Origin: a virus
Reading direction: 5' to 3' (one strand)
Virus record (IMG/VR): IMGVR_UViG_3300028800_001035
Span: 1-64,000 of that record
DNA: 64,000 bases
Below, piece after piece: positions 8,489 through 18,373 of the stretch (its first letter is position 1; each line of letters starts with the position of its first letter). Below the pieces are notes generated by a model. The model saw only the letters and a program-made list of their open reading frames with translations, was not told the DNA's origin and made no database searches. Position numbers and translations under genes: made by a program.

Positions 8489-10425
8489 CCCTCGACCCGA
8501 CCCATCGCGCCGCCGGGATCATATTCCGCGCGCCGAACGGAGAGGCGCTCTTCTTGAAGCGCGGGCCGGGCGGAGACTATCCGGGCGCGTGGTGCTTTCC
8601 CGGCGGGCACCTCGAAGGAAACGAGACGCCCGAGGCCGCCGCCTGCCGCGAAGCGGTCGAGGAGGTCGGATTCCTCCCAAAGGGAAAGCGCGAACCGCTC
8701 GCCCGTTCCATCGCCGTTCAAGAGTTCGCGGAGGCACCCGCCGCCGCGATGCCCGACGGGGCGGTCGGAGCGGAAGCCCTTCCCGGACCGGCCGCCCCGA
8801 AGGTCGTCGACTTCACGACGTTCCTTCAGGACGTCGCGGAACCGTTCGCCCCCGAGCGCGACGCCGAGCACATTGGCCACGCTTGGGCCCCCCTGACCGC
8901 GCCGCCGGAACCGCTCCATCCCGGTTGCCGCGTCGCGATCGACCGGCTCTTCGCCGACGAGCTCGGCGTCGCGAGGATGATGGCCGCCGGGGCTTTGACG
9001 AGCCCGCAGGTCTACAAGAACGTCACGCTCTGGGCGATGCGCGTTACCGGGACCGGCGTCGCCTACCGCCGCCCGGTCTTCAAGACCGGCAAGGACGGCA
9101 AGGTCGAGCTCGGCGAGGACAAGAAGCCGATCGTTCTTCGCGAGGAGGAGTTTCCGTGGCGCGACCCGGAGCTCTACCTCAACGACGAGTTCCTCGCGCG
9201 CTGCAACGGCCTCCCGGTCATCTGGGAGCATCCGAAGGGCGCGACGCTCGATTCGAAGGAGCACGCCCGCCGCGTCGTCGGAAGCGTCTTCCTCCCGTAT
9301 ATAAGCGGGGACGAGGTCTGGGGCATCGCGAAGGTCTACGACGACGAGGCCAACGCCGAGATGCGGAAGAACCAGCTCTCGACCTCGCCCGCCGTCGTCC
9401 TCTCCGACCCGGAGAGCCCGTCATACAAGTTTCGCCTCGAGGACGGCTCCGTCCTCCTCGTCGAAGGAAAGCCGAGCCTGCTCGATCATCTCGCCATCTG
9501 CGAGCGCGGCGTTTGGGATAAAGGTGGCGAGGCAGCAGGAATTATCAACCAAGTTTTAGAGGAGAATGAAGACATGCCTGAAGCGGTAAAGACCGACGCC
9601 GTGACCCCGACGCTCGCCGACGTTTTGGCCGCGATCGGCGGCCTCGCCGTATCGGTCAAGGACATCGGTGCTCGCGTCGACTCGATGGAGGAGAAGAAGG
9701 ACTCCGACGAGGAAAAAGAAAAAGAGCGCAAGGACGCCGAAGAGAAGGAAAAGTGCGACGCGGAAGCGAAGGCCAAGGCCGACGCCGACGAGAAGGCGAA
9801 GAAGGACGCCGAGGACAAGGAAAAAGGCGATCCTGAAAAGGTCGCCGCCGACGCGAAGAAGGACGCCGACGAGAAGGCGAAGAAGGACGCCGAGGACAAG
9901 GAAAAAGAGCGCAAGGACGCCGAAGTCAAGGCGGACGCCGACCGCGCCGAGAACAAAGTCCTCAAGGCCCGCCTCGACGCCCTCGAGCGCAAGCTCCCGA
10001 AGGATCGCGGCGACAGCGACTACAACGCGATGTCGCAGGCGCAAGCCCGCGCCGACGGCGTCTACAACGCTTTCGGCGAGCAAGCCCCGCGCTTCCTCAA
10101 CGGCGAAGAAGTCATCGACTATCGCCGTCGCTTGGTCGACAAGTTCAAGTCGCACAGCGCGGCTTGGTCGAAGGTCGACCTCGCCCGCCTCGACTCCGAC
10201 GCCTTCGAGATCGCGGAAGCCGCAATCTATGCGGACGCCGCCGTCGCCGCCGTCACGCCGGGCGACCTCCCGGACGGCGGTCTTCGTATGGTTCGCGGCA
10301 AGACGCCGTCGGGCCATACGGAGACGAAGTTCTACGGCCGCCCGAGCTCCTGGATGTCCCGCTTCTCGGGCTCCCGCCGCTACGCGACCTCTATCGTCCC
10401 CAACCCCAAGCGCGAGGCGGTCTAA
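8485..10425 (+). CDS. Nudix hydrolase fused to DUF2213-like prohead protease/scaffold
   Basis: Nudix box GGHLEGNETPEAAACREAVEEVG; GLPVIWEHP and DHLAICERG protease-type motifs; K/D/E-rich scaffold tail. Confidence 0.8.
   Translation: MTLDPTHRAAGIIFRAPNGEALFLKRGPGGDYPGAWCFPGGHLEGNETPEAAACREAVEEVGFLPKGKREPLARSIAVQEFAEAPAAAMPDGAVGAEALPGPAAPKVVDFTTFLQDVAEPFAPERDAEHIGHAWAPLTAPPEPLHPGCRVAIDRLFADELGVARMMAAGALTSPQVYKNVTLWAMRVTGTGVAYRRPVFKTGKDGKVELGEDKKPIVLREEEFPWRDPELYLNDEFLARCNGLPVIWEHPKGATLDSKEHARRVVGSVFLPYISGDEVWGIAKVYDDEANAEMRKNQLSTSPAVVLSDPESPSYKFRLEDGSVLLVEGKPSLLDHLAICERGVWDKGGEAAGIINQVLEENEDMPEAVKTDAVTPTLADVLAAIGGLAVSVKDIGARVDSMEEKKDSDEEKEKERKDAEEKEKCDAEAKAKADADEKAKKDAEDKEKGDPEKVAADAKKDADEKAKKDAEDKEKERKDAEVKADADRAENKVLKARLDALERKLPKDRGDSDYNAMSQAQARADGVYNAFGEQAPRFLNGEEVIDYRRRLVDKFKSHSAAWSKVDLARLDSDAFEIAEAAIYADAAVAAVTPGDLPDGGLRMVRGKTPSGHTETKFYGRPSSWMSRFSGSRRYATSIVPNPKREAV
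9781..9907 (+). repeat. 46-bp direct repeat in the scaffold region
   Basis: GACGCCGACGAGAAGGCGAAGAAGGACGCCGAGGACAAGGAAAAAG at 9781 and 9862. Confidence 0.85.
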
Positions 10426-10428
10426 GCC

Positions 10429-11307
10429 ATGGCGACTCCCAACATTACCATCAATCCTGCCCAGACCTCGACCGCCCAAGGGACGTTCAACGTCTCCTCG
10501 AGCGGCCTGATCCAGGGCATGGCGTACCCCGACCCCGCGACGCGGTTCGCCCTCGTTCAGGGGCTCGTCTCGGCCTCCGAAACCATCCCGATGTGGGGCG
10601 GCGTCGCCGTCTTCGAAGACATCGCGACGCTCAACAACGGGACGAACCCGTCGTCGGTCCTCGGCTCGGCGATCGGCCGGGCGACGACCGTCACGGGCGG
10701 CTCGAAGCCGATCCTCGGCTTCTCCGTCTTCGACCAGGCCTACGGGATGATCAACAGCCCGCAGTCCCCGGTTCAGCTCGCGGCGGCGGGCGCGTCGGCG
10801 AACTACTACCGGCTCGGCTCGGGAGCCCGGATTGCGGTCGCCTGCGACCCGAACCTCGCGAGCCTTCGCGGCGGCCTCGTCAACGCGAGCGTCTCGTGGG
10901 ACTTCGTCAACGAGCAGCTGATCGCGTACTCCGCGCCGACCTTCTCGGCGGGGTCGTACAGCTCCGGCACCGGCCTCGTGACGATCACGACGACCGCTCC
11001 GCACGGCTTGCTCCCGGGTGATCAGATTATCACCTCGGGCGCGACCGGAACCGGCGCGGACCTCGCGCTCGTCAACGGGCAGTTCGCGCTCGCGGCGGGA
11101 ACGACCGGCTCGACGCTCGTCTACAGCGTCGGAACCGGCCACACCATCTCGTCGATCACGGGCCTTACGCTCGGGACCGGCGCGATCTTGACCTCGGTCA
11201 AGGTCCTCGAGATCGAAACCGGCAACTCGATGACGGTCTCGTACGACGCAACCTCGGGTTTCGCGACCTGGAACCGCAGCGGCTCCGCTGCCGTCATCCT
11301 GATCTAA
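10429..11307 (+). CDS. Capsid decoration/cement protein with inserted beta domain
   Basis: Between scaffold and MCP; PMWGGV and YYRLGSGARI motifs; TTTAPHG insert. Confidence 0.7.
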   Translation: MATPNITINPAQTSTAQGTFNVSSSGLIQGMAYPDPATRFALVQGLVSASETIPMWGGVAVFEDIATLNNGTNPSSVLGSAIGRATTVTGGSKPILGFSVFDQAYGMINSPQSPVQLAAAGASANYYRLGSGARIAVACDPNLASLRGGLVNASVSWDFVNEQLIAYSAPTFSAGSYSSGTGLVTITTTAPHGLLPGDQIITSGATGTGADLALVNGQFALAAGTTGSTLVYSVGTGHTISSITGLTLGTGAILTSVKVLEIETGNSMTVSYDATSGFATWNRSGSAAVILI

Positions 11308-11322
11308 GGAGGGTCAGAAACC

Positions 11323-12342
11323 ATGCTGAACGCTTCGTCCTACATCACCGTCAATCCCTCCTTCATGGAGCCCGAGATCATCCTGCCGTACTCGCAGGCC
11401 TCGGGCGCGTTCGACCTTATCGCCGACGGCGAGCCGCGAGTCCGGCTCTCCGAGGGCGACCTCTGGGTCTACATGAAGCGCCTCGACCTCCGCACGCGCA
11501 TGGCGGCCGGGCAGGCCTCCGGCAATCAGCTTCCCGGCGTCTCGATCGCCGCGTCGCAGATCAGCACGCCGACCTACCTTCAGCGCGTCCGGGCGACCTA
11601 CGACCATCACGACACCGCCGCCGCTGCTCGCTGGGGCTTCGGGCTTCCGGAGGCCTATCGCCTCGGGATGTTCCAGGGCCACTTCCAGCTCGCGCGCTCG
11701 GCCTTGCTCTACGGCTTCAACCCGGCGAACGGCGAAGGTCTCATTCACGCGAATGGTGCCACCGCCCTCAACCTGCCGGCCGACCAGTTCGGCAACACGA
11801 CCGTCCTGACCTACGACAACGGTCAGATGGCGTTCTTCTTGCTTCAGCAGATCGGCCTGATCAAGACGCGGACCAACCAAATGGGGATCGGGCGCAAGTT
11901 CACGATCCTCGGCCCGCAGCGGGTTCTCGAGACCTTCGAGTACCCGGGGATCGTTCAGCTCGTCCAGTACCAGCGCGTCGGCGCGGGCACGGCGACGACC
12001 GCGAACGTCGTCAAGGAGACTTGTATGTCGAACGGCGACCAGATCATCTGGGCGTACGACGACACCTTGATCGGCCAGGGCTCGGGCGGGACCGACGCCG
12101 TCATCATCTCGATGCCGGAAGTCGAGAAGCCGGAAAGCTCCCCCCTGAATACGAACGTCTTCGCGAACCTCGGCCCGGGCAATCCGGTCTGCGCGACGAT
12201 GTACGCGGATATGGCCGCGCCGCGCGAGATCACCTCGCCGATGGCGGGCGGGGCGACCGACGTCCTGACCGAATGGCGCGTTACTGCCGGCTGGGCCGTC
12301 CGCCCGGAGGCGATCACCATCATCTCGATGCAGTACCAGTAA
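11323..12342 (+). CDS. Major capsid protein
   Basis: 339 aa, AGGAGG RBS, position, followed by a terminator. Confidence 0.8.
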   Translation: MLNASSYITVNPSFMEPEIILPYSQASGAFDLIADGEPRVRLSEGDLWVYMKRLDLRTRMAAGQASGNQLPGVSIAASQISTPTYLQRVRATYDHHDTAAAARWGFGLPEAYRLGMFQGHFQLARSALLYGFNPANGEGLIHANGATALNLPADQFGNTTVLTYDNGQMAFFLLQQIGLIKTRTNQMGIGRKFTILGPQRVLETFEYPGIVQLVQYQRVGAGTATTANVVKETCMSNGDQIIWAYDDTLIGQGSGGTDAVIISMPEVEKPESSPLNTNVFANLGPGNPVCATMYADMAAPREITSPMAGGATDVLTEWRVTAGWAVRPEAITIISMQYQ

Positions 12343-12361
12343 ACCGGAAGACGTTTCCGTC

Positions 12362-12390
12362 AAAGAGCAACCCTCGCGGGTTGCTCTTTT
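12362..12390 (+). terminator. Intrinsic terminator after MCP
   Basis: AAAGAGCAACCC-TCGC-GGGTTGCTCTTTT hairpin ending in a T-run. Confidence 0.85.
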
Positions 12391-12431
12391 GGGAAGCGCC
12401 GTGAAGGGCCTTCGCAAGAAAGGGCAACAAG

Positions 12432-12941
12432 ATGAAGACGTACATCGCGAACTGCACTATGCAGAACCAGACGGCGAACTTTCGCCTCCCGGAATTTCCG
12501 AAGCCGCACTCGATCAAGGTCCCGATGGGACGGCAGGCGGAGGTCGGCGACTTGACGCCGCCGCAGCTCGACTCCTTCGTCGATCAGATGGGGCGCTACG
12601 GTATGGTTCACGTCAAGGAGGCGGGCAAGGCGACCGTCAAGATCGTATACCTCTATTCGACCGACGGCCCCGTCCCGCAGGAGGCGTTCCTCCGCGTCCT
12701 CGAGCGGAACAGGGGGCTCTTGCGGAACGAGGGCGTTCGCCGCCGCCAGGAGGCCGCCGTCGCGGCCAACGCGGCGATGAACACCGAGGACACGCCGGTC
12801 AAGAACCTCGAGATGTCGATTGAGGAAGAGACCTCCGGCTCGTTCGCGGGTCAGGACGACCCGATCGCCGAGGGCATCAAGATCGACAACGAGGCGGTCA
12901 CGAGCGAGAACAAGACACCGCGCCGACGCGGCAAGGGCTGA
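12432..12941 (+). CDS. Hypothetical head-associated protein
   Basis: Position after MCP, AAGGGCAA leader. Confidence 0.65.
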   Translation: MKTYIANCTMQNQTANFRLPEFPKPHSIKVPMGRQAEVGDLTPPQLDSFVDQMGRYGMVHVKEAGKATVKIVYLYSTDGPVPQEAFLRVLERNRGLLRNEGVRRRQEAAVAANAAMNTEDTPVKNLEMSIEEETSGSFAGQDDPIAEGIKIDNEAVTSENKTPRRRGKG

Positions 12942-12948
12942 ACGCCCG

Positions 12949-13461
12949 ATGAGCTGCGCGGCCCTCGCGATTCCTCCTCCGACCCAGGCGGGGTTCATCG
13001 ACTTCGCCCGGACGATTATGGGGATCACGGTCAAGCAGCTCCCGGACGCCTCGCCGTTCTTCACTTACGCGTTCTGCGTCTCCCTCGAGCTCGTCAACTG
13101 CGCGATCCGCGACGCTTCGCCGTTCATGTATCGGCTCGCGGTCTACAACCTCGCGGGTTCGAACCTCCTCAACTGGGCGCAGGACCCGGTCCCGGTCGAC
13201 CCCTACCCGCCGAACAACGACGAGTCGAAGGCGAACGGCGTCGGGTTCTTCGCCTATACCCGCGCGCAGTACAATATGCTCGGGTTCGTCTCCGGTATCA
13301 TCCAGGCCGCCGCCGACGAGACGACGTCCGAATCGCTCGTCGTCCCGGAGAGCTTCAAGAACTTTACGATCGCGAACCTTCAGCAGCTCAAGGACCCCTA
13401 CGGGCGGGCGTACCTCGGCATCGCGATGGACTACGGCCCGGCGGCCTGGGGCTTGACCTAG
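12949..13461 (+). CDS. Head-tail adaptor (DUF4054-like)
   Basis: AVYNLAG..LL and LKDPYGRAYL motifs; ATG at 12949. Confidence 0.65.
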   Translation: MSCAALAIPPPTQAGFIDFARTIMGITVKQLPDASPFFTYAFCVSLELVNCAIRDASPFMYRLAVYNLAGSNLLNWAQDPVPVDPYPPNNDESKANGVGFFAYTRAQYNMLGFVSGIIQAAADETTSESLVVPESFKNFTIANLQQLKDPYGRAYLGIAMDYGPAAWGLT

Positions 13462-13974
13462 ATGCTCAAACTTCACATCGGCGTCTTCGACGTTCCCTAC
13501 GTCAAGCGCGAATCGCCGAAGAGGATGGCGGCGCGGATCGCGAAGAACGCGAAGAAGCCTCTCGCCAAGCCAAAGCACGCGAGCGCCGATAACAGGACGA
13601 CCGGCGACGTCGCGACGATCCTCGAGGCCAAGTACGGACTCTTCACAGCCTTCTTCGAGAACAAGGAGCTCGAGATCGCCGCCGCGCTCGAGGGCGGCCT
13701 CAAGGACTCGCTCGAGAGCCTCCTAACCGGAGCCCCGACGAGCCTCGACCCCTTCGGCGACGGGACGGCGAAGATCGACGAGATGTTCAAGGACTTCCTC
13801 TCGACCCGCGAGGCCGAGCGCGTCGGCATCCCGGGGACGCCGACCAAGGCCGCCCGGCGCGGCGTCAACCACAGATTCAAGCACCCGTACGCGAAGGACA
13901 ATCCGCGCCGCCCGTCGTTCATCGACACGGCCCTTATGCAGTCCTCCGAGAAGTCGTACGTCGAGGAAACCTAG
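13462..13974 (+). CDS. Neck/tail completion protein
   Basis: Position; C-terminal RPSFIDT motif. Confidence 0.6.
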   Translation: MLKLHIGVFDVPYVKRESPKRMAARIAKNAKKPLAKPKHASADNRTTGDVATILEAKYGLFTAFFENKELEIAAALEGGLKDSLESLLTGAPTSLDPFGDGTAKIDEMFKDFLSTREAERVGIPGTPTKAARRGVNHRFKHPYAKDNPRRPSFIDTALMQSSEKSYVEET

Positions 13975-14298
13975 ATGGCAGTCAAATCGACCGCGAGGGC
14001 CGCAGCGAAGGACCCAACGCGGCACTCTTTCGACATCCACGGCAACGGCTACGTCGACCACGGCGCGGAGCCGACCATCGCGCCCGGCGCGGCGGCGCTA
14101 CCGCCCGTCCGGCCCCCCGCCTTGGCGACTGAGGGCTCGTGTCACGTCCTCCTCGCGCCCGGCCCGAACGAAATCATCCTCCGCTGGGTCGGAGGCAATT
14201 GGCAGCATCCCTTCAACCCGGGCGCGGGCAACCGCCTCGCCTGGACGCCGAAGCACCTCGGCGACGCCGGATGGTCCTATCACGGCCTGGTGAACTAG
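13975..14298 (+). CDS. Hypothetical protein
   Basis: Tiles the operon. Confidence 0.55.
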   Translation: MAVKSTARAAAKDPTRHSFDIHGNGYVDHGAEPTIAPGAAALPPVRPPALATEGSCHVLLAPGPNEIILRWVGGNWQHPFNPGAGNRLAWTPKHLGDAGWSYHGLVN

Positions 14299-14299
14299 C

Positions 14300-15391
14300 G
14301 TGACCGTCGCCGAGGCGCTCGGCGCGAAGACCCCGCTCGGGTCCGACCTCGCGGCTGGCGTCGACGCGATCAGCTCGAACCAGAAGGTCACGTTTACGAA
14401 GTACGTTCGCCTGGTCCTCCCGATCGACGGCTCGATCTTCTGGGTTCGCGCGACGATCATCTCCGACGGCGCGCTCCTCAACGCCGCCGTCCTCAACTCG
14501 GCGGCGCTCAACGAGCTCCCGCTCGTCTCGATCCCGGCCGCGACGATAACGGTCAAGGGCTCGCTCCACTACGCGACGGAGAACCGGCAGCAACAGGAAG
14601 CGAACTACGCGGTCAACCGCGTCGTCTTCACGGCGGAGTCGCCGGTCAACGACCTCAACGCGGTCGGCCCGTCGACGATGTACATCGGTGAGTTTCAGGG
14701 GCAGCGGTTCGCGTTCTCCTCGCGCCGGTCCTTCTACAAGCAGGCGGACCTCTATCACTACGCGGGCGACGCGATCTACCCGCCGATGCTCTCTCAAATC
14801 ATCGACGACGCGGTACAACTAGCGAACCGGGGGCAGGTCGTCTCCAACTCGCTCCCGATCTGGCTCTCGATCGCCGACTACTTCGCGCCGACCTTCGGCG
14901 GCATCGGCTTGAGCTTCGTCATCGGCGAGAGCGCGATCGGCGGCGGCTACTGGCCCTGGAAGGTTCCCTTCGCGCCGATCCCGGCGCTCTTCCCGTCCTA
15001 CCTCGCCGACGACAACCTCGCGCCGCCGTTCGCGACGATACACATACCGCCGGAGTCGACCCAGGCGCTCGCCTCGGCACCGTTCCTCGGGCGGCGGCTC
15101 TCGCACCACCAGCTCGCGAAGGATAAGGTCAAGGTCACGTTCTACGGCCTCCGCAACGAGGACGCGCTCGGCTTCATCGACACGGTCAACCAGTTCTCGC
15201 TCGACACCGACCGCCTCGGGATTATGAACATCCCGACGGTCCGGGACGAGAAGCAGACGCAGGCCGAGATGAACATAATCGCGATGAAGAAGACGGTCGA
15301 ATACGAAGTTTCCTATCACCAAAACCAGGCGCGGGACGTGGCGCGTCAATTGATCTTGTCCGCGATCCCAACCTTCATATTTCCCACCTAG
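14300..15391 (+). CDS. Head closure/tail terminator-type structural protein
   Basis: 363 aa upstream of the sheath; RLVLPIDG..FWV motif. Confidence 0.6.
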   Translation: MTVAEALGAKTPLGSDLAAGVDAISSNQKVTFTKYVRLVLPIDGSIFWVRATIISDGALLNAAVLNSAALNELPLVSIPAATITVKGSLHYATENRQQQEANYAVNRVVFTAESPVNDLNAVGPSTMYIGEFQGQRFAFSSRRSFYKQADLYHYAGDAIYPPMLSQIIDDAVQLANRGQVVSNSLPIWLSIADYFAPTFGGIGLSFVIGESAIGGGYWPWKVPFAPIPALFPSYLADDNLAPPFATIHIPPESTQALASAPFLGRRLSHHQLAKDKVKVTFYGLRNEDALGFIDTVNQFSLDTDRLGIMNIPTVRDEKQTQAEMNIIAMKKTVEYEVSYHQNQARDVARQLILSAIPTFIFPT

Positions 15392-15403
15392 GAGAACGAC
15401 CAA

Positions 15404-15784
15404 ATGCCGCAAGCCCCCCTGAACGCCTTCGTCGCGAAGAACCCCTCGAACGTCCTCGTCGCGCTCAAGGTCGACGCGAACGGCGACCTGATCGTCAGCT
15501 CCGCCGGGACGCCCGGCAACTCTTCGAAGAACTACGCCGCGAATACGGCGGGCGACCAGGCCAAGCTCGGCGCGGGCATCCTTCGCGGCTTGACCGTCAA
15601 CACTGCCGGCCTGACCTCGACCGCGACGCTCTATGACGGGACGTCGACCTCCGGCACGAAGCTCGGGACCTTCTCGACCCTCGCGCAAAACAGCTTGCAG
15701 GACCTCAACCTCGCCTTCGCGACCGGGCTCTTCGTCGTCCTCGCAGGTGGGACCCCGGCGGACGTCACGGTCTCCTGGTCCTAA
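15404..15784 (+). CDS. Small beta-rich structural protein, paralog of 7095..7427
   Basis: AGGAG RBS; visible similarity to the 7095 product. Confidence 0.65.
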   Translation: MPQAPLNAFVAKNPSNVLVALKVDANGDLIVSSAGTPGNSSKNYAANTAGDQAKLGAGILRGLTVNTAGLTSTATLYDGTSTSGTKLGTFSTLAQNSLQDLNLAFATGLFVVLAGGTPADVTVSWS

Positions 15785-15820
15785 ATCGGCGCGGCCTCCA
15801 ACCTTTAGGGGAACCCCCGA

Positions 15821-17203
15821 ATGGTCAACAACATTGTTACCGTCAACGTCTCGCAGACGATCGCGCCGACGCCGAGCACGCTCCAGAAGACCGGGGCGTT
15901 CATTTCCCAGGGGGCGACGACGCTCGGCGCGGGCAAGACCGCGCTGATCACGCAGCTCTCGGACCTAACGTCAATCCTTCAGGGCGCGTTCGCCCTCGCC
16001 TCCCTAACCTGGTCCGGCGGCGTCGTCACGGGGACGACCGCCGCGCCGCACGGCTTCGCGAACGGGCAGCAGATACAGCTGACGATCTCCGGCGCGGTCC
16101 CCTCGGGCTATAACGGGACCTACATCTGCACGATCACGGGCGCGTCGCTCTTCACGTACGCGCACGCGGGAACCCTGACGACCCCGGCCGGAACGCCGGG
16201 CGTCTACACCGAGGAAGACGTCGCCGAGCTCCTCGCGATGGGGACGACCTTCTTCGCGCAGGGCGCGGCGCAGGCCGTCTACGTCCTCGAGCTCGGTCAA
16301 GGCGACGCCGCGACCGGCGTCACCGCGCTCTCGGCGTACATAACGGCGAACCCGAACGCGTTCTATTCCTACCTCGTCCCCCGCAACTGGGCGAGCGAGA
16401 CGACCTACTGGGCCTTCGTCGCGAACTTCGAGAACCCGACCGCGAAGACCTACTTCTTCACGACGATGTCGCTCGCGAACTACACGAACTTCACGCCGCA
16501 GATGAAGTCCGTCTTCGGCCTCGTCGAGGCCCCGGTCATCCCGGTCACGGAGTTCTCGCTCGCGGCGGTCTTCTACCGGACGCTCAACTACGACCCGTCG
16601 ACGACGAACAAGGTCGCGCCGACCGCGTTCGCCTTCCTCTTCGGCGTTACGCCGTACCCTCTCCCGGGTAACAGCGCGCAACTCTCGACGCTCAAGTCCG
16701 CCTTCGTCAACTACGTCGGAACCGGAGCCGAGGGCGGGATCTCGACCGCCGTCCTCTTCTGGGGGACGACGATGGACGGGAACGACTTCACGTACTGGTA
16801 CTCGGTCGACTGGGTCCAGATCAACATCGACCTCGACATCTCGAACGCGATCATCGACGGCTCGAACAACCCGATCAACCCCCTGTACTACAATCAGAAC
16901 GGCATCGACCGGCTCCAGGGGGTAGCCGCGTCGACGATGTCGAGCGGCGTCACGTTCGGCCTCGTCCTCGGGAACGTCGTTCAGACCGCGCTCGACGGCC
17001 CGGCCTTGACCGACGCGCTCGCGCGGAAGCAGTTCGAGGGGCAGACGGTCGTCAACGCCGTCCCGTTCATCCCGTACTCGGAAGAGAACCCGGGCGACTA
17101 CAAGATCGGCAAGTACAGCGGCTTCTCGATCTCGTACACCCCGGCGCGAGGGTTCCTCTCGATCATCTTCAACGTCAACGTTTCCCAATTCGTAGCGGCT
17201 TGA
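15821..17203 (+). CDS. Tail sheath protein (DUF3383-like)
   Basis: N-terminal NIVTVNVS, C-terminal YWYSVDWVQIN...PLYYNQNGI; precedes the tube gene. Confidence 0.85.
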   Translation: MVNNIVTVNVSQTIAPTPSTLQKTGAFISQGATTLGAGKTALITQLSDLTSILQGAFALASLTWSGGVVTGTTAAPHGFANGQQIQLTISGAVPSGYNGTYICTITGASLFTYAHAGTLTTPAGTPGVYTEEDVAELLAMGTTFFAQGAAQAVYVLELGQGDAATGVTALSAYITANPNAFYSYLVPRNWASETTYWAFVANFENPTAKTYFFTTMSLANYTNFTPQMKSVFGLVEAPVIPVTEFSLAAVFYRTLNYDPSTTNKVAPTAFAFLFGVTPYPLPGNSAQLSTLKSAFVNYVGTGAEGGISTAVLFWGTTMDGNDFTYWYSVDWVQINIDLDISNAIIDGSNNPINPLYYNQNGIDRLQGVAASTMSSGVTFGLVLGNVVQTALDGPALTDALARKQFEGQTVVNAVPFIPYSEENPGDYKIGKYSGFSISYTPARGFLSIIFNVNVSQFVAA

Positions 17204-17211
17204 GGTAAAAG

Positions 17212-17652
17212 ATGGCCAACCCCCAAGTCCCCCAGGGCTCACTCAACCGGCTGCGGGCCTCGATCGTCATCCCGCAGTTCCCGCAACTCAACGTCACGGC
17301 CGCGTTCCTCGGAGAAGAGGCGATCCGCCTCGCCTTCGAGGGCGACTCGACGACGTTCATCAACACGCTGACCGGCGCGGTCACGTCGCCGGAGCCGTAC
17401 ATCGCCGCGTCGCTGACGATCTCGCTCCTCAAGACGCAGAACCTCGCGAACGCCTACAAGGCGCAGATGGAGCAGAGCGCGCTCCTCGGCGACCTGACCG
17501 TCCGCCCGGACTCCGCGATCCTCAACCCCTACCTCCTCGAGAACTGCGCGATCGAGAACGTCCAGGAGCTCAACTTCTCCGGACGGGACGCAGCCTACCG
17601 CGTCATGATCAAGGGCTTCTATATCGTCAACAACGTCCTCTGGAACGGGTGA
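17212..17652 (+). CDS. Tail tube protein
   Basis: 146 aa directly after the sheath. Confidence 0.75.
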   Translation: MANPQVPQGSLNRLRASIVIPQFPQLNVTAAFLGEEAIRLAFEGDSTTFINTLTGAVTSPEPYIAASLTISLLKTQNLANAYKAQMEQSALLGDLTVRPDSAILNPYLLENCAIENVQELNFSGRDAAYRVMIKGFYIVNNVLWNG

Positions 17653-17687
17653 TCCGCGCCTAGGGCACATCCCGAAGGGCAAATCGG

Positions 17688-18236
17688 ATGCGCATCGACA
17701 AGAAACTGAACCTCGTAATACCCGTCGAGTACGACGACCGGACGCTCTACGTCCACTCCGCCCCGATCTCGAGCGAGGCTTTCGAGGCGAACTATATGAT
17801 CCTCGCGAAGACGTTCTCGAAAATCTACACGGCGGGCCTCAACTGGCAGATCGGTCCCCGGATCGCCGCCCTCGCCCTCAAGGAGGTCGCGGAGGAAGAC
17901 GGGAACTGGGACGCCGTTCAGGCCTCTCTCGTCAACGACATCGAGCGCCTGACGAACGTCGCCGTCCCCGGCGCGAACGGATGGGAGGTCATTCCCTACG
18001 TCGAGGCGCGGTCGAAGGGTATCATCGACGCCGACGACGCGCGGGAGGTCGAGAACGCGATAACTTTTTTTATTGTAGACTACGCGATCCACGGCCGCCG
18101 GGACGGGGAGAAAGTCATCAAGGAGGCGGCGAGGCTCTGGGGCGGGCAGACTACGTCGTCGAACTGTACGGAGTTCGCCGCTTCCTTGCCGACGTCGACC
18201 GGGGCCGCGAGTTCTGGCGAGAAGGCGGCGTCGTAG
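17688..18236 (+). CDS. Tail assembly chaperone (with probable -1 frameshift extension to 18373)
   Basis: Between tube and tape measure; T7 slippery run at 18065-18071. Confidence 0.7.
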   Translation: MRIDKKLNLVIPVEYDDRTLYVHSAPISSEAFEANYMILAKTFSKIYTAGLNWQIGPRIAALALKEVAEEDGNWDAVQASLVNDIERLTNVAVPGANGWEVIPYVEARSKGIIDADDAREVENAITFFIVDYAIHGRRDGEKVIKEAARLWGGQTTSSNCTEFAASLPTSTGAASSGEKAAS

Positions 18237-18373
18237 GCGACGTTCTCGACTGGGCGTCCGGCGAGGGCTCCGACGAGTTCTTCTCCCGCGACGGCGAAGA
18301 GCAATTCGACGCCTCCCGCTTCCGCAACCGTCACGTCGTCAACGCGATCCTCTCGCTCAAGAAGGGCAAGTGA

